A stretch of DNA of 64,000 nucleotides from Leptogorgia sarmentosa (Eukaryota), in assembly GCA_964658305.1 (NCBI GenBank), contig OZ210885.1:14570001-14634000 (forward strand), written 5' to 3'. Under the pieces are notes generated by a model. That model searched no databases and was not told the origin of the DNA. It saw nothing but the letters and a program-made list of their open reading frames with translations. Numbering within the stretch: position 1 is the stretch's first letter; the number at the start of each line of letters is the position of its first letter. The translations under genes were made by a program, and so were the position numbers. Below are positions 12,401 through 23,560 of this stretch, piece after piece.

Positions 12401-14787
12401 GCGTTTGCCTGATTTTCTCCCATATTTTACAAGAAATATGTCATTCAACTGCTAAGACCTTGATCTTTATGACCATGCAAAAATCACGTTCGTACACCCA
12501 GTAATTAACGCACAATGGCATGCCAAAGTTGGATTACCTTTTTTTTGAGACACCCTGTATATGGTTCCCATTACTAACCAACTTTTCCCTTTATGGAATA
12601 TACAGTTAATAAACACCTTTCTGGTGGACCTAAGAAGGAGATCTCAAATAAAAGTAAGTAAACGTAAATTATTAGTACACTACATTACATAAAAAGAGAG
12701 ACATGTACATATAGAGTCTTCACGTGCTGGTAGTTACATTAAATCATTGAACTAAATCTTTAGAAAGATATTCAAATAGAAGTCATGAGCAGCTTCATGT
12801 ACACAAAACTGTGTAGATATGGTGTCCATTCTATGACCAAATGGTTTCAGAAGGTAATCATAATACAGTCGATCACATACAATTTATTTCATATCCAAAT
12901 AGCTAATATATCTATATTTTGATATGAAATAAATACCGTCAAAATGTTGATATCTTTTAATAATTACATTTTTTAGAAACTATTCTCTGAAAAAGATCTA
13001 TGTTTTATTCCATTAAACAGCCAGAATAACCACTGGAATCTTGGGGTAAGTGATTACATAGTAATTGATTAGTATAGATAAGACTTTAAAACAGTCGATA
13101 TTTATCTTTAAAGCTGATTTTTAAAGCTCATCCTTCATAGAATTTTTTTTATAAAACCTGATACTAATTTTGCATTCCTTATATAGGGAAATGACTTGGT
13201 ATTAATTAGCCAATAAATAGTGTGATTCATGCCGTTTTATATATGATGTAGCTAGCTTCTCGCAGAACTTTTATGAATGATTTTATTTTTTATCTGAAAA
13301 TTACTTATTCACTTACTAAACAGTAAACACTAGAAAAAACACGTTTTCGCACGGTTCGTTCCTTTTTTCGTATATTTCTCAATCACCAGAGGAAATGCCT
13401 TAATCTACTTATTCTCTCTCATGTTTTGAATCAGATATAGTCAAATCCTTAAGTTTAAACTCTGTACACAAATTAATACAATTAGGAATACCACAATAAT
13501 TCCATTTTATATTACAGGTGATCGACCTCAATTCATGTACAATCTTACTATACGACCCAATGCTAGTACCAGGAAAAACAGAAATCTTTCACAAAAAGAT
13601 AAGGTATCTATAATATATGGTAAGAAAACTTGCATTTTATAAGAATGCATTACTTACAAAATATCTAATTAATTTCTAGATCACTAATGGCGCACCTTCT
13701 ATCAGAGAGCCAAAACACATCTCTACCTGAAATGAAACATTTCAAAAATTCCACAATGGGAGAACCAAGACAACTTGATGGAAGTTCATGTGGGGTTTTT
13801 GTATGCATGGTGAGTTTACTGAAAATAATCACAATTAACCGAACTGTAGAGTACTGCTGGCAAACACCAAAAATCAGTTGATTTTAATTCCTTGAGAGTA
13901 TATATTGACCCTCACTGTTTTTTCTTAGTAATGCCTTCCCCGTGTTTACATTAAACAATACCCCACCAAAATGTTAATTTTGACAAAATTATCTCTAATT
14001 TTGTTACAAAGTACAACTACTAATTTTAAATGTCGACATGTATTACAGTCATCTATCTTACAGTCTCTAACTTTGAAATTCTTGAATTTAATAATTTATG
14101 AAAAGATATGATAATGAACGAAGGTGAAAATTCCAGAAAAAGAATCAAGTTTCCCAATGTTTCTTTCTTTGGATATACTGCTCCTTTTCTTGAGGTATTC
14201 ACTAACATGTTTCAGGGTTTAGGCTGCTGATTATTTGATGAATGGATTACAAGTTACATTCACTCAGGTAAAGTGATTAATTCAGTCTGCAATTATACAC
14301 AACAACCGGCCCTGTCAAATAGTACTGTTAAAGATATAGATGTATGGTGGTTTGTTACTTTATCAACAGTTGAACTGCTTTATTCTGTTTGAAATGCAGG
14401 ATGACATACCAATATTAAGAAAATATATGGCTTTCCAGCTGGCAAACCCTGCTACAGACCTTCAAATACCAAAGAGGTCAGTTATATACAATGAATAAAA
14501 TTATCTGGCTGGCCATTGTTTCAGAGTTGTAGTAGGTAATTATACCACAGTAGGAATTTAAATGACTAATATCCTACCTGAGAATAATTAGGTTTAGCAC
14601 TTAGTGTATTTTCCTCAGTATGTTAATAACTAATCAGCAAGCTGTTTGATTTTATAGACTTGCTGTGAAGAAACAAAAAAATGAACATGACCATGCTGCT
14701 TACACAGTCAAACTATCAAAAGCTGATAGTTTCAGAGTCCAGAGTGCAATAGTATTCGTACTATTAACTTTCTATTCAATAATGTGA
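5991..14787 (+). CDS. Multi-exon gene 1: HMGXB3-like/KDZ transposase C-terminus + USP (peptidase C19) + Ulp1/SENP (peptidase C48); 5' part missing, probably a damaged copy
   Basis: Hand-built GT-AG exons: 5991-6443, 6625-6755, 7129-7407, 7558-7737, 11044-11236, 11465-11624, 11704-11751, [gap], 12606-12653, 12764-12853, 12977-13045, 13518-13603, 13680-13809, 14223-14267, 14400-14476, 14658-14787(TGA). Intron phases are compatible throughout, with two exceptions: one +1 frameshift near 7310 and an unresolved link between 11751 and 12606. The last exon is less certain. Confidence 0.82.
6625..11624 (+). CDS. Ubiquitin-specific protease (USP/C19) domain over five exons
   Basis: Cys box LVPR|GLQNLPQQNRCYINSLLQCLA; QQD-box-like EADDPGDFLYSLL; Zn-finger Cys pairs CHVC...CGAFC/TC; LPQNLICNI; His box SYGISAFM|THYGNDANDGHFNCTV...WFLIDDNLV...VYMLFY. 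Catalytic Cys, His and Asp are all present. Confidence 0.88.
8963..9567. mobile_element. hAT-type MITE nested in the 8185-10837 element
   Basis: TIRs CAGTGGCCTAAC / GTTACGCCACTG, with a perfect 8-bp TSD AGCACCCT at 8955-8962 and 9568-9575. Confidence 0.88.
8988..9081. mobile_element. 94-bp PIF/Harbinger-group MITE (CWG target) nested in the hAT MITE
   Basis: Perfect 16-bp TIRs GGGCCGGTTGTATAAA / TTTATACAACCGGCCC, with TSD CAG at 8985-8987 and 9082-9084. Confidence 0.88.
11940..12559 (-). mobile_element. Truncated Tc1/mariner-like element end (single TIR + TA) between the USP and Ulp1 exons
   Basis: ttttttgagacaccctg|ta at 12541-12559 reads TA|CAGGGTGTCTCAAAAAA on the minus strand, a typical Tc1/mariner terminus. 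No partner TIR was found. A similarly oriented degenerate copy lies near 11947-11969. The left limit is uncertain. Confidence 0.5.
12606..14476 (+). CDS. Ulp1/SENP-family (C48) protease domain over seven small exons
   Basis: LINTFLVDL | VMSSFMYTKLCRYGVHSMTKW | LFSEKDLCFIPLNSQNNHWNLG | VIDLNSCTILLYDP | PRQLDGSSCGVFVCM | AADYLMNGLQVTFTQ | DDIPILRKYMAFQL. The His-Asp-Gln-Cys catalytic set is intact and the intron phases match. Confidence 0.9.
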
Positions 14788-15429
14788 CCATAATTAACCA
14801 ATCAAACGACCTGAATGTAATGAGGTATTATATAATATCAAATAACAGTTATTATAAACGAGAAAGGGAACCTGGCACGCAGTGGGTTAAATTATCTATG
14901 AAAAATATTATTAAGTAAAATATGTAATAATTGTTAATGTTGTTTAATTAAAAAAAATATTTTTGGAACTTGAAGAATCTTTACTTAACGTGAGAACCTG
15001 TGGCAGGTTTTATACTCCCTAATTGTCAGTGAATCAACCTGCACAATTAACCTGTCATAGTTTGAAAACAACTTACAATCTCTTCAAAATACACACAGTA
15101 AAACCTGTCCAGTCTGTTATTAAATCCAGTAAATGAATTTGGCATGGGAGGAATGTGACCACGTTTTCATTGGAATAAAAGAATGCAATGGCAAATTTTT
15201 GTATCACTTTATATCTACATATTTTAATACAGTCTCTGACTATTAATTTGCTTGGCTAATAAAGAACTACGCTGTCATTAGGACCAGGTGAATCAACCGA
15301 ATGAAACAGACAGTGACTCAGAAACTTCTAAGAGAACTTCGATTTGATATTGGGAAAGCAGTTGCCGAGGCATTTTGCAGATGATGATCAATTAATAATA
15401 TACAAATACTTACTAGTCGAATATGGGGA

Positions 15430-15980
15430 TGTCACGACTTCGCGTAGATGACATTTTCATTTTCCATGGCCAAAGACGCTATGAATGAGGGCGCATATAT
15501 AAACGCAAAATAAGCGCCATGAATTAAGGGCCATGAATTTAATCTGTGCGTCATCATAGAACAATCAATTGCAAGCATAATTCCATATATGGTACGAAGG
15601 GGTGCTCTCGCGTTTTGGGGTCTCCTCGTGTGGGTCTTCTTGCGTAATTGCACTGTCAAACCCTGCTCCGAAAACCAACAAGAATAACCAAGGCCAGGTC
15701 ACAAAGTAACCAGCTTGAGTCCGTGGCGTGGTGGCATTTGTGGGTCCTGGTGTCGAATTAAAATCCAAAATGGCTGCACAAGAAAGCGCCACATGAATAT
15801 TGATCATATTGATGAAGATATGAATATTCATCAGACAAGAACCAGTGAGGTAATTAACTATAGTAATATTCATGTAATAAATGTTACCGCATTGAAGTTA
15901 ATGGCATTATTCACAAAAAAATTGTTAAGATAGTTCGTTAATGAATTACTAAATAGCATGGTTCGTAAATGAATCATACA
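15430..15980. mobile_element. Candidate solo LTR (551 bp)
   Basis: Begins TGTCACG and ends TCATACA (TG...CA), flanked by a 4-bp direct repeat GGGA (15426-15429, 15981-15984). It is GC-richer than the flanks and has no convincing ORF. Confidence 0.5.
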
Positions 15981-15984
15981 GGGA

Positions 15985-16172
15985 CAGGTTGAGTCAGAAA
16001 TTAAAAATGACACACAAAAAATTCATATTAGGGCGGCCGAGACGAGAATCTGTTGACATGCTTCGTACCTAGTTTGTTCATGCCTGTGTTATTCAGACAC
16101 GTAGTTGCGATTAAATGATGAAGTGCAGGTAATTTGAATTTCAAACAATGTCAGTTTTTCTGACTCAGCCTG
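15985..16172. mobile_element. Small MITE-like inverted-repeat element (Tc1/mariner-like ends)
   Basis: CAGGTTGAGTCAGAAA (15985-16000) pairs with TTTCTGACTCAGCCTG (16157-16172) with 1 mismatch. TA is present on the right flank only. Confidence 0.55.
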
Positions 16173-17432
16173 TAGCAGAATGGGCCTGAATCACTGGGAT
16201 ATGGCTGTGTGCCTGTGCAATATGGCATTCTTGACGACGTAGCAAGATATATTTGAAATAACTGAATACAAAAATAAAGTTGTTCAGTGATAAAAACGCT
16301 TAAATTAACTTTCTAGTTAGAAAGGATTACCAAAGTACGACTAATCTTCATTAGTATTACTAATTATAATAAAATAATGTAGGTAGTGTCAAATCTGCAA
16401 CAATGCTAATGAGCGTGCATTCAAACAGTGTTATGCACACATCTATCTATTGAATTACAAATATACTAAAATAACATACATAAAGATGCTTGGCTTGTTT
16501 GCCTTTGCTCAGATAAAGGGAGATGTGTTGTTGTTTGGCAACATTTGAGAACACATGTTATTACATGTAAAAAGAATTGTAATTTTGATCTTAATAAAGT
16601 TGTTTGTTGCCGTAATATTCTCATATATTATGAAAGAAATCGTGCTAGTGTTATTTGGAATCTTCTGTGAATAGATTACTGCACATGTGGTAATTTTCAA
16701 TGATTGAAATACTTAGAGAGTGTATTTTTAGTGTTATTTTTTTAACTTTTTCAGTTCCTGAAGTGCATAACCATTGACATTAGCTATCTGAAAAGACCAG
16801 TATGATAAAGCTACTGCAATAAACATTGAGTCGGCTATTCTTATTGCAATTACTTCTGGCTGTCATTTATCCAAAGCATCCTCTATTTGTCAATGTACGT
16901 CTCAAGGCTACAGTTTTAATGAACTGGAACAGCTGTATATGAGCAGATAACTTTTGAATAGTTTCCAGATTCCCAGGACATCTGTATCTGTTTGTTGAAA
17001 ATTACATCCAATAAATCAGCTTAAAGAAGGTGATTTAATTTACATGGGGTTAAATTCAAGAAAGATACCATCAACCATGTGTCCAAGCAACAAGTCTGCA
17101 TTATTACCATTCAACTGAAGAGGCAAAGTGTTTGTCAGAGCAAAATTTCTTCACTGCTACTTTGGCCACACTTAGTTACCATACTGCTGACAACATGTAG
17201 GAATCCAGTCCATTTAATGATCATTTTATACAAGAATCTAGTTTAATATTGATCTTGCAAGGTATTATGAGTACTGCTTATTTGGAGCATTAAAGCTGAG
17301 TTTCAGATTGTACATAATCCCAATGATTCAATAGTTATACAGTGAATGTGTTACTTATATGCCATTATTATGCGATGGTTTCGTCGAAAAGCAAATATTC
17401 TCGAGTTTTAGGCACAAATGAGGACTTCCCAT

Positions 17433-17700
17433 TGTTGGGAATATGGCGGTGTGGGTGAATGTCTTTTGTATTGTGTATAATTGTATTACGTAATTGAATT
17501 CTGTTCTGTGGATGTATTGTTCTGTATTGTGTAATTAATTCAAGATGTATGTAAATGTAAATTAGCTTGTGTATATAAGGTTGAACTAGACAAACTTAGG
17601 TGTGATTTTTCTTGTGATATATCTGGAGTTGAGGAATATAAGTATTTAAGGAGCAGTTGGAGTCTTTCTTTTTCTTATGATATCGTGGCAGAACGCGACA
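17433..17700 (+). repeat. 5' LTR
   Basis: TG...CA, 268 bp. I count 6 substitutions relative to the 3' LTR. Confidence 0.96.
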
Positions 17701-17702
17701 TT

Positions 17703-17720
17703 TGGCGACCCAGACAGGAT
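17703..17720 (+). promoter_or_regulatory. Primer binding site (probably tRNA-Arg)
   Basis: TGGCGACCCAGACAGGAT lies 2 bp after the 5' LTR. TGG pairs with the tRNA CCA end, and the rest resembles the complement of tRNA-Arg 3' ends (from memory). Confidence 0.8.
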
Positions 17721-17755
17721 TCAGTTGAGCTATAATTTACTTGACTGATCGGAAA

Positions 17756-19188
17756 ATGCCTTTGACCCGAGCGCAAGCTGCTCAAGAAGAGAGAAACGGC
17801 AATGCAGACGAGTCAGAGAATAAAGAGGTGGACCTTGGACAAGCTCGCTCGCCGTTTGAAACAGAGTTACTGGCTACCGTGCAAGAACAGCGAGACCTGT
17901 TGAAGGAATATAAAGATCACGAAGACAGCAGAGTTTCCGAGGTGGTCACTATTTTGAACGGCACAATGCAAAACCTATCCGACGAATTTGCTCGTGTTTG
18001 TGACCAGAACAGACAGCTAAAGACTGTTGTTTTCCAGTTAAGCGATCGTGTGGACGCCCTTGAATCCGAAATGAAATTAAGCCAGGAACGATCAGAGAAA
18101 ATTAATGCCGGAGTGTTCGCTTCGTTACACCGATTAATTAAAAGCGAGCTTCAAGAAGAATTTGAATCGATGTTGGCGTCGCGTATGAAGTCAGTAAATG
18201 AAAGCTTGTCTACCTGGTTAAATGTAACGGGACGATGCTGATCACAATCTGGAAATGCGTCAACGCCATGTTGTCAGCTCGATAAAGAGAAACAACCAAC
18301 AGAGTGCAATGCTACGTCGACTTGTGGGGCAGATTCTTCGGCTGGTCGCCCGGTTCAGAAACCTGCAATGTTTGACGGACGTAGCTCTTGGGAGGCGTAT
18401 GTGACGCAGTTTAAAATTGTCGCCGAGATTAACCAGTGAGTTGGTCCAGATAAAGCTGCATTTTTGGCGACAAGTCTTAGAGGTCCAGTGCTGACGGTGT
18501 TATCAAATTGCCGGCCGAAAGTCATGTCCATTACCCATCGTTACTGGCTGCATTGGAAAGCCGCTTTGGAAACAAAAGGCAATCTGAGCTCCATAGAATG
18601 AAGCTACGGAATCGTGTTAGGCGTCGCGACGAAACTTTGCCAGAATTGGCGGCAGATATCGAAAGACTCGCTCGTCTCGCTTCCCCGGAAGCCCCTGTTG
18701 ATGTTCTCGAGACTTTAACAAAAGATCAGTTCATAGATGCTTTGTATGACGATGAAACGCGCTTAAGAATTGCTCAAGCAAGACCTACAACTCTAAGAGC
18801 CGCGCTGGGAATCGCTTTGGAAATTGAGTCGTTTAGCTTGGCTGCACGAAGAAGAGCTAGACCGGTGAGAACGGTGCACGAGACATCGAGTGACGCGAAC
18901 ACTGAATGCTTGGTGGACTGCCAGGAGGAAATAATCAAGACGAATAGCGAGTTTTTAGCCGAGTTGAAGAAAATGACCTCAGAGCTTCACCAAGTAGTCA
19001 AGAGTGTGAATGGAAGAGGAAGAGGAAGAAATCACGCTAGTTCACCGCCAAGAGGAAAAAGAAAGTGTTGGACATGTGGCTTGGAAGATCATCTCCAACG
19101 GGACTGTCGGCTGTATAACGCTGAGAAGGAACGTACTGAGTCGGGAAACGAGGAAATGTCGGGTCAGAGGGGTGGGGCCCGACAGTAA
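17756..19188 (+). pseudogene. Gypsy gag, disrupted
   Basis: ATG at 17756, a coiled coil, KPAMFDGRSSWEAYVTQF, LESRFG, DQFIDAL and the CCHC knuckle CWTCGLEDHLQRDC. Stops and frameshifts occur near 18240, 18438 and 18505. Confidence 0.9.
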
Positions 19189-19199
19189 GAGAAGACACC

Positions 19200-22100
19200 T
19201 CAAGTGGCCAGAGACTTTTACAAAGGACAGACGGCCTTTGTGTAGAAGGAAGACTCGAAGAAAAAACTATGCATATGGTTGTAGACACTGGAAGTAACAT
19301 CTCAATCGTCGCTCCTCAACTGTTGCAGAACATTGGAAAAGACTTGTCGTGTGTACAACCGGTTCCGAACTGCTTGAAATCTGTAACTGGGGAAAAGTTG
19401 GGGGCAGTTACGCTTAAATTTGATATCGGTAACCGAGAAATCCTACAGTCGTTTCATGTGGCAGAAATTAGTGAATCCTGTATTTTGGGGCTGGACTTCC
19501 TGCGGCAACAACGGTGTCACCTCGACATTACGAATGGAATGCTATTAATGGGAAATGTTCAAGTTTCTCTTCTGCATTCTTCGTCGGACGATTTGGAGAG
19601 GCTTTGTTATCGAGTGGTAGCTCTTGAAGACATGAATATTCAACCCCATACTGAGGCTGTTGTTCCTGCGAAAGTGGTTGACTATACTGGCAAGAGTGGG
19701 TGGGGAATCATTGAAGCAGCTGAAGAGGAATCTGTTCCTGGAGTCCTGATTGGTAAAGTTTTGACAAAATTAATGAACGAAACCCCAGTAGTTTTAGTGC
19801 AAATGGTTAATGTGACAGAAGAGAAAAGAAAAGTTTCAGCGGGAACTGACTTGGCAAAATGTGAGACTGTAAGTTTCGTTGTTCGTTCTGACTTGGAGAG
19901 TTGTCCTGGTGGTAGCGAAGAGTCCACAACGCTAAAAGAAATCCCAAAACATCTAGCTGAATTGTACGAGAGTAGTGCAAGAGATTTGGTCGATGAGGAG
20001 CAGAGAAATAAACTGTTCGGCTTATTATGGGAGAATGCTACTGTGTTCTCCAGTGACCCTTCGGATTTGGGAAGAACTGATATCGTGAAACATCAGATAA
20101 CAACTGGTTCAGCGAAGCCAATTAAACAGCCTCCGAGACGGTTACCTCTCGCGAAAAGAGATGTGGCTTGCCAAGCGGTGGACAAGATGCTGAAGGAAGG
20201 AGTTATTGAACCTTCAACGAGTCCTTGGTCCTCACCGGTGGTGTTGGTTGCAAAGAAGGACGGCAGCCTTCGGTTTTGCGTAGACTATCGCAAGCTCAAC
20301 GAGGTGACGGTTAAAGACTCTTACCCATTACCCAGAATTGATGACACCCTCGATGCCTTGAGTGGTTCAATGGTTTTCGACATTAGATCTCAAGTCGGGG
20401 TATTGGCAGGTTGCAATGGATCCTGCCACCAAGGAAAAGACAGCATTCAGCATTGGTGGGGGTTTATGGCATTTTCGGGTAATGCCATTTGGGTTATGCA
20501 ACGTCCCCGCCACATTCGAATGATTAATGGGTCATGTACTTGCAGGGTTACCATGGAACGTCTGTCTCGTGTATCTGGATGATATCATCGTCCATGGTAG
20601 ATCTTTCTCCGCGCAGCTAGAAAACTTGCAGAAAGTATTCTTGTGTTTGAGAAAAGCCAATCTGAAACTCTCCCCTGAGAAGTGTAATTTGTTCCGCCGT
20701 GAAGTCAAATACTTGGGTCATATCATCAGTTATAAGGGCGTAGCAACAGATCCCGCGAAGATCAACAGTAGAGACCTTAAGATTGGCGTATTTTTTTCAC
20801 CGCAAACGTCAAGAAGCCACGTGACGAGTGCTTGCGGTAAATTTTGCCGTTTGCGGTCCACGTTTCAACGTGAGGAGGTGCTTCCAGAGGTAAGTCGCTT
20901 ACTGCAAGTTTTTTTTGCTATTATCGCTGTCAAAATTCAGATAAAATGCTTAAAACGTATTTCCTAATTATATTAACAAATCAAATATTTGATTTATATC
21001 CTTTAAGCGTTTATTTTAAGTCATTTGTGAAGCAAAAACATACATATTGGGCCGCTACCATCTTGAATTTTTCACACTGCAGTAAACCCACAGATCTTAA
21101 TCTTCTAAAAATCGTATACCGCTGACGGCAACGCCAACGTACGACTGCGGTTCGCCGTAAACGCCAATCTTAAGGTCTCTAGTGTCAAGGATTGGCCTCG
21201 TCCAACGTGCCTGGCTGAATTGCGAAGTTTCTTGGGACTATGTTCCTACTACCGAAAGTTTATACGGAATTTCGCAGAAATTGCAAATTCACTCACTCGA
21301 CTAACACAGAAGGATGTGAAGTTCGCTTGGGAATCGGAAACTGAGAACGTGTTTCAACAATTAAAATGGTCTATGAAGGAACGTTGATATTAGACACAGA
21401 TGCGAGCGGTGTCGCTATCGGGGCTGTCTTGTCACAAAAACAAGGCTCCGAAGAAAAAGTCATCGCATATTTCAGTCGCTCACTTAATTGAACACAGCGC
21501 CAGTATTGTACAACAAGACGGGAATTACTAGCTGTGGTAAAATCACTGGCTCATTTCCACCCATATCTTTACGGAAGAAACTTTGTTGTGCGCACAGATC
21601 ATTCTTCTCTTCGGTGGTTGGTTAATTTTAAGTACGCAGAAGGTCAACTCGCACGCTGGTTGCAGAAAATTCAACAATACGATTTAAAGCTTGAACATCG
21701 AGCCGGAAAATATCATCTCAATGCCGATGCATTGTCCCGACGACCATGTCTTGAGGAACATTGCAAGAACTGCGATAGAGCCGAAGCAAAAGAACATTCG
21801 GCTAGAGAAGCTCATTGTGTAGATGAAAATCATAGATTGACCTTGGTAACCAACCGAGTGAGAAGGCATTCACCTGTTGAGGACCGAGATATTGGTGATT
21901 TGGTAGATGTTGACCTTATCAAAAATTTGGGACCGCAAGACATAGTAAAAGCCCAAGAAAAGGATCCCGACCTAGGACATGTACTGGAGTGGGTGAAGAG
22001 AGATAATGAAAGACCGCAGTGGTCCGAAGTCTCGGCTATTAGTGAAGTGATGAAGAATTGCTGGGCACAATGGCACAGTTTGTGTCTGCGGAATAATATT

Positions 22101-23242
22101 CTATATCGAAAATGGGAATCATCGGACGGTACGACAACCCGCCTTCAGCTGATGTTGCAAAGTCGTTACGAGAATAAGTTTTGACACATCTTCATAACCA
22201 TCCAACCGGGGCACATTTTGGAATCAAGAAGACGTTGGAAAGACTTAGGAAAAAATTTTACTGGCCTCGTTGTCGCGAAGATGTGACGCTCTGGTGTTCT
22301 ACTTGTTTAGAGTGTTCGTCGCGCAAAGGTCCAGTGACACGTACGAAAGCTCGGCTAGGAAAGTACGTGGTTGGTATGCCGATGGAGAGAGTTGCGATCG
22401 ATGTAACGGGTCCTTTGGTCCGGTCTACGAAAGGTAATCGTTACTTACTTGTGGTCATGGATTATTCTTTGAAGTGGCCAGAGGCATATGTTCTGCCAAA
22501 CCAGGAAGCAAAAACTGTGGCTACAGTTATAGTGAATGAGTTTGTATGCCGATTTGGAGTTCCACTTTAACTGCATTCTGATCAGGGAACGAATTTCGAG
22601 TCAGCCATTTTTCAAGAAATGTGTTCATTACTGGGCATTAACAAAACACGAACCACACCTTTGCATCCAGAATCGGACAGAATGGTTGAACGTTACAATA
22701 GAACATTAAAGACTCAGCTTTCCTTGTTTGTTGCTGAACATCAAAAAGATTGGGACAAGTATGTACCATTACTTCTCATGGCATATCGAACGGCAACTCA
22801 TGCTTCTACACATTTCACCCCTGCACGACTGATGGGTCAAGAAATTAGAACCCCAATTTATTTAGTTTATGAACGACCCCTGATCCGGAAGTTGTCGAAA
22901 GTTACTCTGACTATGTTCAGGAACTGCAGGAAGATTTGCAAGTGACACATGAGTTCGCGCGAAAGAATATTGAACAGAGTTTCGAGTCGATGAGGAAACG
23001 TTACGACGTGAACAGTGCGGCAGGTATATTTAACGAAGGCGATCGAGTATGGTTATAAGAAGAAAGAAGAAAGGAAGAAGTGTGAAATTGATGCAGCCTT
23101 GGGAAGGGCCATACATTTGAACGATCTTGTTTATAGAATTCAGCAAGGAAGGCATGGAAAACCAAAGGTGGTTCATTGGAATCGTTTATGGGTATATTGC
23201 GGTGATCAAGCAGAACTTTGCAATGAGGAGACGAGCAGTTAG
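19200..23242 (+). pseudogene. Gypsy pol (protease, RT, RNase H, integrase), disrupted
   Basis: Protease [32 protein letters not shown] and YLDD. RNase H DTDASG..IGAVLSQ, GQLARW, NADALSR. Integrase H..P...H...C..C, AIDVTGP, HSDQG.NFES, VERYNRTL. Multiple frameshifts, stops and a MITE insertion. The start is approximate. Confidence 0.93.
20770..21180. mobile_element. 411-bp MITE inserted in the Gypsy RT; 3-bp AGT TSD (Harbinger/PHIS group, Pangu-like ANT target)
   Basis: Perfect 20-bp TIRs AGAGACCTTAAGATTGGCGT / ACGCCAATCTTAAGGTCTCT, with AGT at 20767-20769 and 21181-21183. Removing the element restores DPAKINSVKDWPRPTCLAELRSFLGLCSYYRKFI. Confidence 0.93.
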
Positions 23243-23292
23243 GAATTGCATGCACCATCATTGGGACAATTTGATGGTTTAGTTGGGGGCAA

Positions 23293-23560
23293 TGTTGGGA
23301 ATATGGCCGTGTGGGTGAATGTCTTTTGTATTGTGTATAATTGTATTACATAATTGAATTCTGTTCAGTGGATGTATTGTTCTGTATTGTGTAATTAATT
23401 CAAGATGTATGTAAATGTAAATTAGCTTGTGTATATAAGGTCGAACTAGACAAACTTAGGTGTGATTTTTCTTGTGATATATCTGGAGTTGAGGAATATA
23501 AGTATTTAAGGAGCAGTTGGAGTCTTTCTTTTTCTTAGGATATCGCGGCAGAACGCGACA
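23293..23560 (+). repeat. 3' LTR (preceded by the purine-rich tract agttgggggcaa)
   Basis: 268-bp direct repeat of 17433-17700. Confidence 0.96.

Larger units (their letters stand above)
17433..23560 (+). mobile_element. Full-length Ty3/Gypsy LTR retrotransposon, inactivated
   Basis: Two 268-bp LTRs (TGTTGGG...CGCGACA), a 4-bp TSD CCAT (17429-17432, 23561-23564), PBS and PPT. Domain order is gag-PR-RT-RNaseH-IN. Confidence 0.97.

Noticed and set aside
15282..15385. Possible extra 3' exon of gene 1
   Set aside because: An acceptor is present, but there is no motif and the phase cannot be fixed without transcript data.
16480..17432. Possible decayed coding frame continuing across the Gypsy insertion to ~23810, including ORF 23506-23772(-)
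   Set aside because: The plus frame I translated has many stops and no recognisable motif. The minus ORF runs into the LTR and has no identifiable domain.
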